The notes beneath the pieces were generated by a model, which saw only the letters and a list, made by a program, of their open reading frames with translations, did not search any database and had not been told where the DNA came from. Positions 49,548 to 61,639 of a stretch of DNA of 64,000 bases are shown one piece after another. Positions within the stretch are counted from its first letter, which is position 1. Every line of letters begins with the position of its first letter. Origin of the DNA: Gordius albopunctatus (Eukaryota); NCBI GenBank assembly GCA_964276515.1, contig OZ193909.1, positions 2,232,001 through 2,296,000 of the forward strand, in the 5' to 3' direction. A program made the translations under genes and the position numbers.

Positions 49548-50931
49548 TAGAGGTCTGCATGGGCCGGGCCAGCCCACGGCCCGCAGGCCCATGCTCGGCC
49601 CGCGGGCCAGGCCTAAAATAGAGCAATAAAAAAAGTGCGGGCCGGGCTTGGGCTTTGAAAAGTAAAAAAATTAAATTTATTTAACTTCATACTATAATTC
49701 TAATATAGAAATAAAAAAATTCACTTATTAGCTTAACAATAAAAAAAAATTAATTTTCCGAACAATCTGGTGGAAATCATTATGTTAAAAATGATAAAAT
49801 AATCAGTTTTTTATCTGGCAAAGATTTATTGAAAAACTGGAAGACATTTCCATCGAACATATGCTATTAATATGCTTTCACCTTATGAAAAGGCAAGTAT
49901 CGAGTTAGAAGCGCATTAGATACCAACACTGTATAAAATATTACCCTTTTATACATCATAAAAAGCATCGCAAATTTGTTTCCATCTCCTACGTATAATG
50001 GTGATCCTATTGACTTAAAGATCTACAAATTGAAGTCAGAGCCCAAACTATGCTAATTTAAAAGTCAAATATCGATATTTATCGTAAAATATTTACCTTT
50101 CTTGTTTCTTAGTTTCGCTCGTTAGCTACCCGAATATGAAAAAAGCTTCTAAAAAAACTACGGTGACAGAATTAGGTGATCTAAGATCGTGGCTCTTGAA
50201 TAGATCTTCTTGCATAAGTCGTTCAACAAAAAGTGATCCAGCTCAGGTGTGCAACACCAAGCTATTTAAGAAGATTTACTACCAAAAGAACATTCTATTT
50301 AGTTTATATTTTATTTTATTTAAATCTATTTTACTTATCTGACGATGTCCTCTATGAGGACGAAATATTATATTTACTACAATAATTTTTTAACACCCTC
50401 GACAATTCCTGAAAATATATCTATGAAGAACTAAGCATTTATATTTTCTATTTGGGACGATGATGAAACGGGAAAAAACCTAAAGATGCTAAGCTAGATG
50501 TAATTTTATCGTGGAAAAAACACCAACTTATGCTACCAAGTACCAATATTAACAAAATCAGCTAGTCAGTTTTTGTCAATTCCAGCCAACAATGCTATGA
50601 GTGAACGCACATTGAGTAAGGCAAGTCGCCTTATACTACAGAGAAGAACGAAATTATTGCCTGATAGAATAAATAGTCTATTATTTTTAAATGACAATAT
50701 TAAATTGTAATTTTTAATTAAAACCGATTTTATATGCTATAGATAAATTATTTTCGTAACAATACAAAATAGTTTTTATACAAAGAAATAATTTTGAAAC
50801 AACGTAACTTGTTCTTCCTCGTGCGGGCGTGATACGCGCAATTTGAGATTTTTTTGCAGGCCAAAAAAAAATATATTTGTGCGGGTATGGGCCGGGCCTG
50901 AGCCTAAAATTTCGGCCCATGCAGAGCTCTA
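49548..50931 (+). mobile_element. Decayed hAT element with dimerisation-domain remnant
   Basis: TIRs tagaggtctgcatgggccg/cggcccatgcagagctcta and exact 8-bp TSD atatacag, which is single-copy in the 25059 Helitron. 50560-50705 translates as YPILTKSASQFLSIPANNAMSERTLSKASRLILQRRTKLLPDRINSLLFL. Confidence 0.88.
50331..50430 (+). other. Penelope-type minimal hammerhead ribozyme motif (copy 1)
   Basis: CTGACGA-t-gtcctc-tat-gaggac-GAAA-tatt: catalytic core boxes, a perfect 6-bp stem II and a palindromic stem III. Stem I is only about 3 bp. Confidence 0.5.
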
Positions 50932-52189
50932 ATATACAGTTCTTTAATAAAAGTGTATCACTTATAGTATTTTTTAGACCGTCATGCGTGTAGGTAGTGC
51001 AGTGTGATAAATATAGGCAATTGCTGCAGAAAATGGAAACTTTTTACGATTTAAGACATTAAATTTTGCTTATTTTATCAATTGTTATTATAGGACGGTC
51101 GTGTCCCTTAAAAATCTCATTTTATCATTTTTTGCGCGTTAAATAAGGATAAAGATAAAATACTTCAAAGTGCCTATAAATGTTGATATATCTCAGTTCT
51201 TCGGACATTATTAAGTTCAGAATTAAAAGTTTTATTCAGAAACAAATAATTATAATCATGATATTGTTTCTTAATTACAAAAAAATTGCTTGAAGGGCCA
51301 AGGGGCCAAAGATTTTTCCCTTAGCATGTGGCCAGGTTTTCTCTCTTGGGTGGGACTGAGCCTTGGACCCTAACTAAAAATTATCAAACTTTATTTTTAC
51401 TTCAATAACCGCTTTATCATCATATATGCCCTAAAATTCCAACATAATTTAATACACCCGGGTAAATGGCAAAACAACGTTTGCCGGCTGGTTCATCTAG
51501 TAGTATATAAAATAAACTAAAGAGAATGTTGTGTGTAGCGAAGGGTAGAGGGGTGGGGGGTTAAGTCTTCTAACAAAGGACTCTAACGTCTTCCTTTCAA
51601 AATATGAATTTGTAATAAGTAAAAAATTGAGTGTTTAGGATTAGAGAGGTATAATATGATTTTCTTGCAAAATATGGTTGGATACCGTTTAATAACATAA
51701 CGGTCACGCAAAAAATATGATAAGCATTAAATTCTAATAACAAAAATTATAAACAAATTTTTGAACCGCTCAAAATTTTGTTAAAATTAAAATGTATGGC
51801 CTTATTTTTCCTCCCAGCGCTATATACCTAATATGAATCTTAATTGAACAAGAGATATACTATATTCTTTTCAAACATATATTTGACACATAGGGGCAAA
51901 CACAAATGCAAGAAGGGAGAAAGAGTAAGTTTCATGGAAAGAGCGTTCATTTTCAAAAGCTTAGATTGATCACCTTATTCTCTACTAGTGAGCGGGAGGG
52001 GTGAGTCAAGATGTTAAAGCAAAGAAAAACGCTGTATATTTTAGAAATAAATCATATTTCATACTAGTAGTTTATATATTTTGTCGGGCTAATCCCTTAT
52101 CGCTATCATCAAAATTCTTTCTGTGGATCACTTTAATTATTTAAAATACTATCACCCTGTGTCAGAAACACGTGAAAATAATTATTTAT

Positions 52190-53381
52190 ATACTCTGGGA
52201 AAATACTACCAGCAGAAGGATTGCCGGATGTTGGAGCAAGTGGCAATGCTGTGCTACGTTTAATATCTTATATACCGCAGCAAATCAATTATAAATTATT
52301 TTTTAACAACTGGTTTTGTTCAACACATTTGCAAGTTGTACTGGCACAAAGAGGTATTTTTTGTACAGCCACGGTAAGAGGGAATCGACTACCTAATATC
52401 CAATTTCCAACCGATAAGGAGTTGAAACAAAAAGGACGAGGTTCTTTTGTTTCCAAAAAAACAGTAATAAACGGAGTCGAGTTGAATTCAGTGAAGTGGC
52501 ATGACAACCGTGCTGTCACATTATTGAGCACTTTTGTAGGTGCACATCCTCTTATTGATTGCGAGAGATACGATAGAAAAATAAAGGATAAAATAAAGAT
52601 CACATGTCCAAACATTGTGAAAGTTTATAATAAATCAATGGGAGGTGTAGATCTTATGGATTCTTTAATTTCATTATATAGAATTCATTCCAAATCTAGA
52701 AAATGGTACCATCAAATTTTATTTCATGTATTCGACATGTTACTTATAAATTCTTGGTTGGAATACAAACGGGACTATAATAGTATATCAATACAAGGGA
52801 AGGATCGATTCAGCTTATACAATTTCAAAATTTCGGTGGCGGAAGTCCTTTGCAAATATGGCAAATGCACCACAAACAATATTCCCAAACGAAAATCAGT
52901 TGAGACTGGTTATCGGGAAAAATGTAAAAAAGGACCAGCCCAATCTTTACCTAATGTAGAGGTTAGGAAAGACCTCAAAGCTCACTGGCCCAAATATAAT
53001 GATAAAAAGGGTAGATGTACACTGCCAGGATGCATATTTGTTACGAAAGTTTCTTGCCAAAAATGTGGCGTATATTTATGTTTTACGCCTAAAAATAATT
53101 GTTTTATAGATTTTCATGAAAATTAAAATGTTCCAACATTAAATATTTGTTGTAATTCATATTATATATAATTATAGTTAGAGTATAATAAAAATTACTG
53201 GAAATTTGTATCCTTAATTGCATAATGTGTATTTGAATCTACATACCGTGTATCTTCTTAGACATTTAAAAAAAAATTTTAAAAAAGTGAGCCATACGAT
53301 TATCAATAGTATCGAGACAAAAAAAAATCTAGTTTGCAAAAAAAAAATTATTCTAACATAGTTCATGCAGTAGAGGGTTAA
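52190..53381 (+). pseudogene. 5'-truncated PGBD3/PGBD2-like piggyBac transposase and right terminus
   Basis: ORF 52221-53126 has KLFFNNWF (the expected catalytic D reads N), ATVRGNR, KWHDNRAV, YNKSMGGVDLMD and a C-terminal Cys-rich domain. It ends at gaggg|TTAA at ~53381. Confidence 0.88.
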
Positions 53382-54198
53382 AAATAAAATAACGTAAGGA
53401 TAGCTTCTACATATTTAAAGAGTATTCGGTCAAAACCGATAAAATTTACACCAAACCTATTTCATGGTAAAATAAGAGGACAGAACCATTAGTCTAAAAT
53501 TGCGTATTAGATTTTAACTTTATAACCGTAGCGTAGCTGGGGGCAAAAGCAAAATCATTGCCCCCCCCTTAAGAGAAAAATTCGGGCTTCTTTGGCCACC
53601 CAGTTAATTATTAAGACACAGGACGGCCATGATACAAGTAAGACTCGCTGAATCCGTTGCAAAAGAGATTTTTTGTGTATATAAAGTATAAAGTTGTGTT
53701 TTCCCTGCAATCTTACCCTTTAACGAATACTCTCGCGGGTTTTAAATAACAACGTTAAAACTAAAAATACGCATTACTAAATAATGAATGATCCATGGAG
53801 AACGCATATTGAGCGAAAATCATCTTAATTATCAATGGCACTAATTCGCAAAATTGATAAGCCACATGCTCAAACTTTTTGCACAAGTGAAATAGCGAAA
53901 AAAAATAAATAGTCTGCAACATGTAAAATTAGAACATTCTCAATCAAACTAACAAAGGCCGCAGGTTAATTTGTTGAATACGAGCAATTCAATTAAACAA
54001 CGCAAATAATTCAGAAAACCAATGACATTTAGGGTGTCCCCGTGACTTTAATTCAATTTTTAGCAAAGTTAATTTAAGTGTACGTAATATTAGAAATCAC
54101 AATTTGATATTGTTTTTTTTATTAAATCGCAAAAATTAAATGTTAATACCAGGCGTTAGCAAAAAAATATAAAACAAAATATAAAAAAAATAGTCTAC

Positions 54199-54216
54199 CT
54201 GATAATACCTTCTCAT
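54199..54216 (-). CDS. Candidate first coding exon (MRRYYQ) of the ZMYND8-like gene
   Basis: ATGAGAAGGTATTATCAG|gtagac has a phase-0 donor compatible with the exon starting at 49064. It is preceded by non-repetitive, pyrimidine-rich sequence resembling a 5' UTR (54217-54420). Confidence 0.45.
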
Positions 54217-55226
54217 GATTAAACGAAGATAGCGGAAAAATTCTAGACAATAGAATAATAATAATTAGCGAGACGGTGGTTAGTAGGAGATAAACGAGAT
54301 TATAATTCTTTAAGTTCACCCTGGCTTGTTCAAAGGAATGACTATTATAAAATGTGAGCACGATTTATTGCACAGATTTTGTGCCAAGTGGAGCGGAGAG
54401 AGGAGAGGATAGCTGCGAAAAATTGGGTAATAGTAAAAAATTTATAAAATTAACGATATTCCCGAGGTGCTTTTATATATCATTTCACAGCTTTAAATCA
54501 TTTGACTAATCCCCGTACGCAAATTCGTATTCATTTGAATAGTACACGGTCGCTTTTTGAAGGCCATCTTGATGATTTTAGCATTAGAATAGTTTATTTT
54601 GTTTGATATGATTTATCTATTTTTCTTACTATATCGTCAAATCCGTATTTTTGCTAACTAAGCATGTAATCATGGGCGTAGCCAGGTTTTAGATTAGGGG
54701 GGGGGGGGGCAAAACGTTTAAAAGTTCAATCAGGGAGGGGGGCAAAACGTAATTTTTTTTTTATTTTTAAGGGTTTTTGCATTGGAAAAAATTAGATCAT
54801 TTTGAATTTCAAAAGAATATAAAGACGACACTGTTCGGAAGTTGTTGGGGGGAGGATGGGGTATCAAAAAAGGTGGTACATAAAACGAGTAAGCATACTT
54901 ATAAGACATAAAGAGCGGAAGTGAAAGTCTTACAATTTCGATGGCGCCTTATGCGCCACCAAACATGTGTTCATTTTGCTTTTGAAGTTTATGCGTAGTG
55001 TTCGTTCGGTTGTTGTAGTTGAGCACTTTTGTAATCAATAAATCAAATCAACACACCAGCGGCGTCCATCTTTATATTTATTAATGCCCCATCATGCCAG
55101 TGCATGGGCATAGCCAGCATTGAAACTAGAGGGGGGGCAATAATGATTTAGAAAAATTTTAACAAAATTCACCAAATTTTTCGATTCCCCCCCCCTAGCT
55201 ACGCCCATGTGGCAATGGGTTGGCGT

Positions 55227-55476
55227 CACTTCTGTGCAAAATCTAATATGGGTTAGGGTTAGATTTAATGATTTATTTGATAATATGTATTTATTTATAA
55301 AATAGTATTATACATTTTGATATAACTTATTTCGTTTCAATTAACAATTATAGTATCCTTTTATTACCTAGTTTTTTAGTACATATTACATGCGTATGAA
55401 TATGCGTGAAAACCGGTCTCAATTTCTAAAATGCGAATATTACATTTTGCACATATTACATTTTGCACCAGATACG
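55227..55476. mobile_element. ~250-bp TIR element (copy 2, inverted)
   Basis: Reverse complement of 250-513, with 7-bp TSD ttggcgt. Confidence 0.8.
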
Positions 55477-56434
55477 TTGGCGTGCAGACCTGATGAGTCA
55501 TATTAATATGTTAGCGAGGTTGCGGACGTGTTAATAACAAACCCTTGCTGCTTGGCAACTATATTTTTATAGGGTTGTTTTTTTCAATTTGCAATCTGAG
55601 ACCATTTCCGGTTATTGAGGCAAACCTAATCTGTTTTTTGAACTAAGTCGAACTTATTTGTGCAAGCAACTAAAGCCAAAATGATGATGATAAAATTTAA
55701 TTTATAATTTACTCTTTGTTGTGTAAAACATGTATCAAAATGTTTGGGCAATTAATTATGGTCATTAATATGTTTAAAACCTTAAAATTAAGGAATAAAC
55801 CCCAACAAACGAATTGAAAAATATTTTTTAATTAATACTTCATGGACGTAGCTAGGAACTAGAGGGGGGCAATAATGCTTCAGGGAGGGGCAAAATTATT
55901 TAAGCCTTAATTATGTTGAACTTTAATTTCTTGATTTAGAGGGGGGCAGCTGCCCCCCCCTACCAATTAAGTACAATCAAGCCTCTCTTGCATCTATACA
56001 ATAATTTAGTTTTGTCATCAATTGAAAATTTAATTTTAAATATATTATAATAGATGATAAAAATTTCTTTTTTAGCCAATCAAATTGTAATTTTCAATTT
56101 TGTCGATGAAAAAAACTTATAGTTGTTTGAAATGCAGCAAGATAAGATATATTCGTCTTAATTTATTTAACCTTTACCCTCAAACGCTTGATTGTGCTAA
56201 ATGTTTTGAAAGATATTAGGTCGGGCTAAAATATTTTGATCTCAAGTTTGTAGGCTCTAAGTGAATGTGTTTGTTAATATTTTAAAAAAAAACAAGATGG
56301 GAGAAATGCCAATGTGAGGAAAAGTCTTAAGCCAATTTGTGAATCGCACTTTACCACACACACTCGCATAAATTAACTTTATCTCAATTGTTTTCCCACA
56401 CTTGTACTTTTTAACACTTCTAATTAGTTATCCC

Positions 56435-56830
56435 CATGGGCGTAGCCAGCCCTAAATGGCGGGAAAAATTTTTTTCCAATGCAAAAACGAATCTGGTGCA
56501 AAATGTAATATGTTCAAAATCTAATAAATAATGTAATATTCGCATTTTAGAAATTGAGACCGGTTTTCACGCATATTCATACGCATGTAATATGTACTAA
56601 AAAACTACGTAATAAGAGGATACTATAATTGTTAATTGAAACGAAATAAGTTATATCAAAATGTATAATACTATTTTATAAATAAATACATATTATCAAA
56701 TAAATCACTAAATATAACCCTAACCCTTGGCTATATTACATTTTGCACAGAAGTGGCAAAAACCCTTAAAAATTAAAAAAATTTACGTTTTGCCCCCCCC
56801 CCCCTAATGCAAAACCTAGCTACGCCCATG
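56435..56830. mobile_element. CATGGGCGTAGC MITE (TSD gttatccc) containing copy 3 of the ~265-bp element (56488-56755)
   Basis: Exact 8-bp TSD gttatccc for the outer element. The inner element is flanked by duplicated gcaaaaa. Confidence 0.85.
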
Positions 56831-57166
56831 GTTATCCCACATCCGTTTTTCAAGCAAGGTTATAAAATGATCCCTCATTTTAGTTTTTTACTTTTGAACT
56901 CCTAAACAAGTAGACTTAATATCCTCACGACGCTATTCCCCATAATTACAAACTAACTACCCGCTTTATTTTTTATTCTTGATTTTAACTTCTTATCTTA
57001 ATATCGAATTAAGATTCAAATCGCCCGAATTCATCTTTGTCTAAATATTCTATTCAATTTCTTGGGTCACCTCGATTGTATTTATTATTTTGGTTTTTGA
57101 TAGATAACCCGCGAGAGTATTCGTGGCTCATTTCGAAACCCCACGCAAATTATAAATTAAAATATA

Positions 57167-59083
57167 CAGTCGAAACTTCTTAATCGCAAATCGGATTATC
57201 GCAAAAATCTTTTAATGGTGAAGTTAACCGCCATTTTGTTTTTTCTTAACGATAATATTAACAATTGACAAATCGCTTAATAGTACAATATCGGATATTC
57301 ACAAACATTTTCGAGTCTTTAAATCAACCAGATAATTATATAAAAAAAAAACTCGGGCCTGCGGCCCTCGTGGGAAGGGGGAAGGGGAGGAGGGGAAGGA
57401 AGGGGGAACTCATCTACACTCCGTATAAATGTATCATATTTGCTATGCAATTTATGGAAATACTTACGTGAATATTGCAAAACGAAGGTTGGAAACACTA
57501 AATAAGTGTATATGCCAAATATCATAAAGGGGGAGAGAGGGAGCGAAGGGGAAGCTTTATGGTTAGTTAAATTCTACCGCAGTTGTATTACCAAAAAGTC
57601 ATAATAGCAATGGTAGGAACAGGAACAATCATAATAGTCAAAAAAAACGAAAAAAAAATTTTCGAATCACATTTTGGCCAAAGGTCATTTTTTTCCATTG
57701 GTCAGCAGCCAGGACACGGTAAAAGTGGATATAAATTCATAATAGTAAAAAAAAACGAAAAAAAAGTTTTCGAATCACATTTTGGCCAATGGTTATTTTA
57801 TTCCATTGGTCAGCAGCCAGCGGACGGCCAAAAAGTCATAATAGCAATGGTAGGAACAGGAACAATCATAATAGTCAAAAAAAACGGAAAAAATAATTTC
57901 GATTCACATTTTGGCCAATGGTCATTTTTTTCCATTGGTCAGCACCCAGGACACGGTAAAAGTGGATATAAATTCATAACAGTCAAAAAAAAACGAAAAA
58001 AAAATTTTCGAATCACATTTTGGCCAATGGTCATTTTATTCCATTGGTCAGCAGCCAGCGGACGGCCAAAAAGTCATAATAGCAATGGTAGGAACAGGAA
58101 CAATCATAATATTCAAAAAAAACGAAAAAATAAACTCGGATACACATTTTGGCCAATGGTCATTTTTTTCATTGGTCAGCAGCCAGCGGACGGCCAAAAA
58201 GTCTTATTATCATTGATAGTAACAAGAACAATCATAAGAGTCAAAAAAAACTCCGGGATTCTAACCCAAAAACTAGATAAATTGCATAGCAATTATTAAA
58301 AAGTATAGGGTAATTATCAATGTTAACCTATTCAAAAACGAACAAAAAATTTTGATTTATTTGGCCAATGGTAATTTTTTTTCAATTATCAATGTTAACT
58401 TATTCAAAAAGGGAAAACGAAAAATTAGGATTTATTTGGCCAATGTTCATTTTTTCATTGGTCAGTAGCCAGCGGACGGTCAAAAAGTCATATTATTAAT
58501 GGTATTAACAAGAACAAAATATTAAATTAATTAAAAAAATAAAAATTTTGCCCTCTCCGGGATTCGAACCCACATTAAATAGAGGCATAAGCCTTTGGAG
58601 GGGAACAGGGAACCATATAAATAGAGCCATAGGCCCTTGTAGGGGAGGGCATAGGGTAATTATCAATGTTAAACTATTCAAAAACGAAAAATTAAAAATT
58701 TCGATTTATCTGGCCAGTGGTCATTTTTTCATTGGTCAGTAGCCTGCGGACGGTCAAAAAGTCATATTATCAATGGTATTAACAAGAAAAAAATATTAAT
58801 TTAATTTAAAAAAAAAAAAAAATTTTGTCCTCTCCGGGTCTCGAACCCGCAACCTCCAGGTCGGGAAGCTGGTGTAAATAACTTGGTGGACGGACGGACG
58901 GACGGACAACCAAAAACGAGCCCATAAATTGCATAGCAATTAATATCGTTTTATTGCGAAGCGTATGAAATGAATATTTAATATAATGTACATATACTTC
59001 CCCCCCCATCTTTTAATCGCGAAATATCGGTTTCGCGAAAAAAAATTCAGGTCCAATGCTTTGAAATTAAACGGTTTTGACTG
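57167..59083. mobile_element. Tc1/pogo-type MITE split by a ~1.7-kb insertion
   Basis: TA|cagtcgaaac ... gttttgactg|TA. The halves 57167-57318 and 59011-59083 match 17410-17683 inverted. Confidence 0.8.
57410..58945 (-). mobile_element. Helentron/DINE-1-like element with tandem array and tRNA-derived segments
   Basis: Subterminal inverted repeats ttgctatgcaattta (57440) and taaattgcatagcaa (58926), and (gacg)n at ~58889-58906. Array at 57590-58800. B-box-like ggttcgaatcc/ggttcgagacc on the minus strand at ~58560 and ~58837. Confidence 0.6.
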
Positions 59084-59625
59084 TAAACGCAATTTAAGTC
59101 TAATAAATTTGGTCTTTTCAGTAGCTTAATATTTTATCAAGAACTAGGTTAGGTAAAAATCTCATAGGTTTTGGCTTAATATTTTTTAAAATATAGAAGC
59201 TTTTTTGGTTCGTGGGGTTCTGTTTACCCCACGAATGCTCTTAAGTTTTTTTTTGTTTGAAAAAATATAATATTTTTTTTGTATGATGATATCTTTTACA
59301 ATTTGTGTTTTTAATACATTTTGAACATAGTTTTAGTAAAAAATCACGTCAATTTTGATTTATTTTAAGTTATAGGATGTCAAGAGGTAAAATGAGGGGA
59401 AGCTCTAAAATAACCAAAATAAAAATGGGGGTCAAGAAAATTGTTAATAAGTTTTGTGATGTTGATTAAAATTTATACCATCAATCTTAAGACGCTTATT
59501 AACGCATGTTTAAAATTTGAAAGGTTTTAAAAGAATACTTTAAAAGTTATAGTAAGTTAAGAAGTGGGGTAAAGTTATTATACCCCACGAATGCTCTCGC
59601 GTTCGGGATTTTCAGGAATACTCTC

Positions 59626-60033
59626 TCTTCTTCTTTATCAGTTATTTGGTCACACATTGGTGGGGTTTGTTTTGATGAGTCTCTTCCATCTTGATCGGGT
59701 TAGTGCCATGTCTTGACTAATCTCTTTAGTTTCCATAACTTTATCCACTTGCCTTTTCCACGTGACACGGGGTCGTCCTATTCCTCTCTTCCCCGGTATT
59801 TTCATGTCTAGCACTTTTCGATTTACGTCATCCGGGTCCCTTCTTAGTATATGCCCATACCACCTTAGCCGATTTTCGTTAATCATGTCCGCCATAGGTT
59901 GAATACCCATTTTTGTCATGATAAAGTCATTCGTCATATGGTCGAGCTTAGTATACCCCAAGCTCCACCGTATCATTCTCATCTCTGTGGCTTGTAATAG
60001 CTTTCCTTCCGTGGTGTTTAATGCCCATGTTTC
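59626..60033 (-). mobile_element. 5'-truncated RTE copy (3' ~410 bp)
   Basis: Highly similar to 7135-7547. (gaa)n tail and exact 8-bp TSD atactctc at 59618-59625 and 60034-60041. Confidence 0.93.
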
Positions 60034-60465
60034 ATACTCTCAAGGTTTAAAAATGTTTTTTTTATTTATTTAAACTCTTAAAATTAAATCTAAACTTTGA
60101 CGCTACCTAAAAATTCAAAAACAAACATTTAAGCTTTAAAAAAATTTTGCATCTTACAAAATCGCTGTTATGTTGTGCGTCTGAAATGTAAATCTGCTGT
60201 GAATTCGAAGTTAAGACACTGCTATGTTATAACCCATACGAATATTTTTGTTGCGCAGTCAAATCCGATATTAAGACGAGCCCCAAGAGAACGATCATTT
60301 TCTCGATAAACTATTTCAAATTTATATTTTTTAAAGAGATTCATTTTGCTATGCTTTATCCCGTCTAACAATGCATGATCAGTGGCGTAAATGAAGGCAG
60401 CCCCCCCCCCGATGGCAAACAAAAATTTGAAAAGTTTTTTGATTAATAACTCAATCAAATGGGTT

Positions 60466-61523
60466 TGTTGCGTCAATTGACTTAATTGTCTCATTTACAT
60501 TACCTTGTTAATTGACCAATCAAGCATACCTGGCGGAGACACCACTAAATTGATTTATTTATACCTCGCGTAATTGATTTAATTATACCTCGCGGAGACA
60601 CCACTAAACTTGATTGATTTATTCAATTAATTCACGAGTATATAAAAGGAGTTTAAAACTCTTATTACTCACTTACTTTTCTTCCAACGATTTAATTTAT
60701 ATTATACAATAAAGTAATTATACTTAATAAAAACTAAAAACCTAGCACGAAATTGGTGACCCCGCTCGGGGGAGCCCATATTTTTTTTAAACTCCCCCTG
60801 AATGCGCCTTTAAACAACAACAACGTCTGCCGAACGCCCAGCCAATGTTTTGCGCATGGCCCATCACAAAAACGATAACGCCACATGGCCTCTTGCAACG
60901 AGCAAAGACTACGTTCGGCAAAGCGATACCACGACATGGTCTCTTGCAACGAGCAAAGACTACGTTCGACAAAACGAACAACCTACTACCAATGTTCTCA
61001 CCACCGCTTACCGGTTTAGTTGATGACCGATTGCAATTCCAATATAGATACCTCTGCCCGCGGCATGGATCTTATTAATATATTGGATAGCATCACAACA
61101 TACACGCAACTCACACCTCGGTCACCTCACTAACAACCACGGTAGGCGGAGACAAAACTGGCTGGTAGTACGAACATCCTTTACACATACTTTACATCAA
61201 CCAAAAAAAAAAAAAAATTTTTTCAATTTTAAGTAACGCTCCACGTCTACGAAGGAGACTATTTGTTGCGTCAATTGACTTAATTGTCTCATTTACATTA
61301 CCTTGTTAATTGACCAATCAAGCATACCTGGCGGAGACACCACTAAATTGATTTATTTATACCTCGCGTAATTGATTTAATTATACCTCGCGGAGACACC
61401 ACTAAACTTGATTGATTTATTCAATTAATTCACGAGTATATAAAAGCAGTTTAAAACTCTTATTACTCACTTACTTTTCTTCCAACGATTTAATTTATAT
61501 TATACAATAAAGTAATTATACTT
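60466..61523 (+). mobile_element. TRIM-like non-autonomous LTR retrotransposon
   Basis: Direct repeats 60466-60725 and 61264-61523 begin TGTTGCG; I see one mismatch. Each has a TATA-like box and AATAAA. PBS tggtgaccccg at 60754 and a short purine tract gaaggag at 61251. The ~510-bp internal region has no recognisable gag or pol. Confidence 0.8.
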
Positions 61524-61639
61524 TATCCTAATTAATAAACTAGCCCGAAAGGTTAAAATATTATAATTTAGTTACATCAAAGACTTTAAGATACTTATAA
61601 AAACCTAGATACATAATATATACATTTAGTTTTTTTGAT

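Larger units (their letters stand above)
49287..51500 (+). mobile_element. Non-autonomous Helitron containing a nested hAT element
   Basis: 5' TC. The 3' hairpin ggcaaaacaacgtttgcc lies a few bases upstream of CTAG|T. Colinear with 25059-25782. Confidence 0.82.
57108..60046 (+). mobile_element. Non-autonomous piggyBac derivative related to element A, with nested insertions
   Basis: 57108-57166 plus 59084-59260 match the 5' end of element A (43509-43740). 59270-59625 matches its 3' end (44970-45330). The terminus resumes at 60034. Confidence 0.85.

Noticed and set aside
55488..55525. ctgatgag followed by palindrome catattaatatg as a hammerhead
   Set aside because: No GAAA box follows the stem and there is no stem I or III.
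57583..58299. 238-aa ORF
   Set aside because: It is a translation of the tandem array with a non-ATG start, and the frame drifts with A-run length.
57590..58800. CRISPR-like appearance (palindromic repeat plus spacers)
   Set aside because: The spacers are themselves repeated in alternation, the units exceed 100 bp, there are no cas genes and the context is eukaryotic.
58825..58885. Functional tRNA gene
   Set aside because: Only a T-arm and 3'-half-like segment is present. There is no matching 5' acceptor strand or D-arm, and it is embedded in a repeat.
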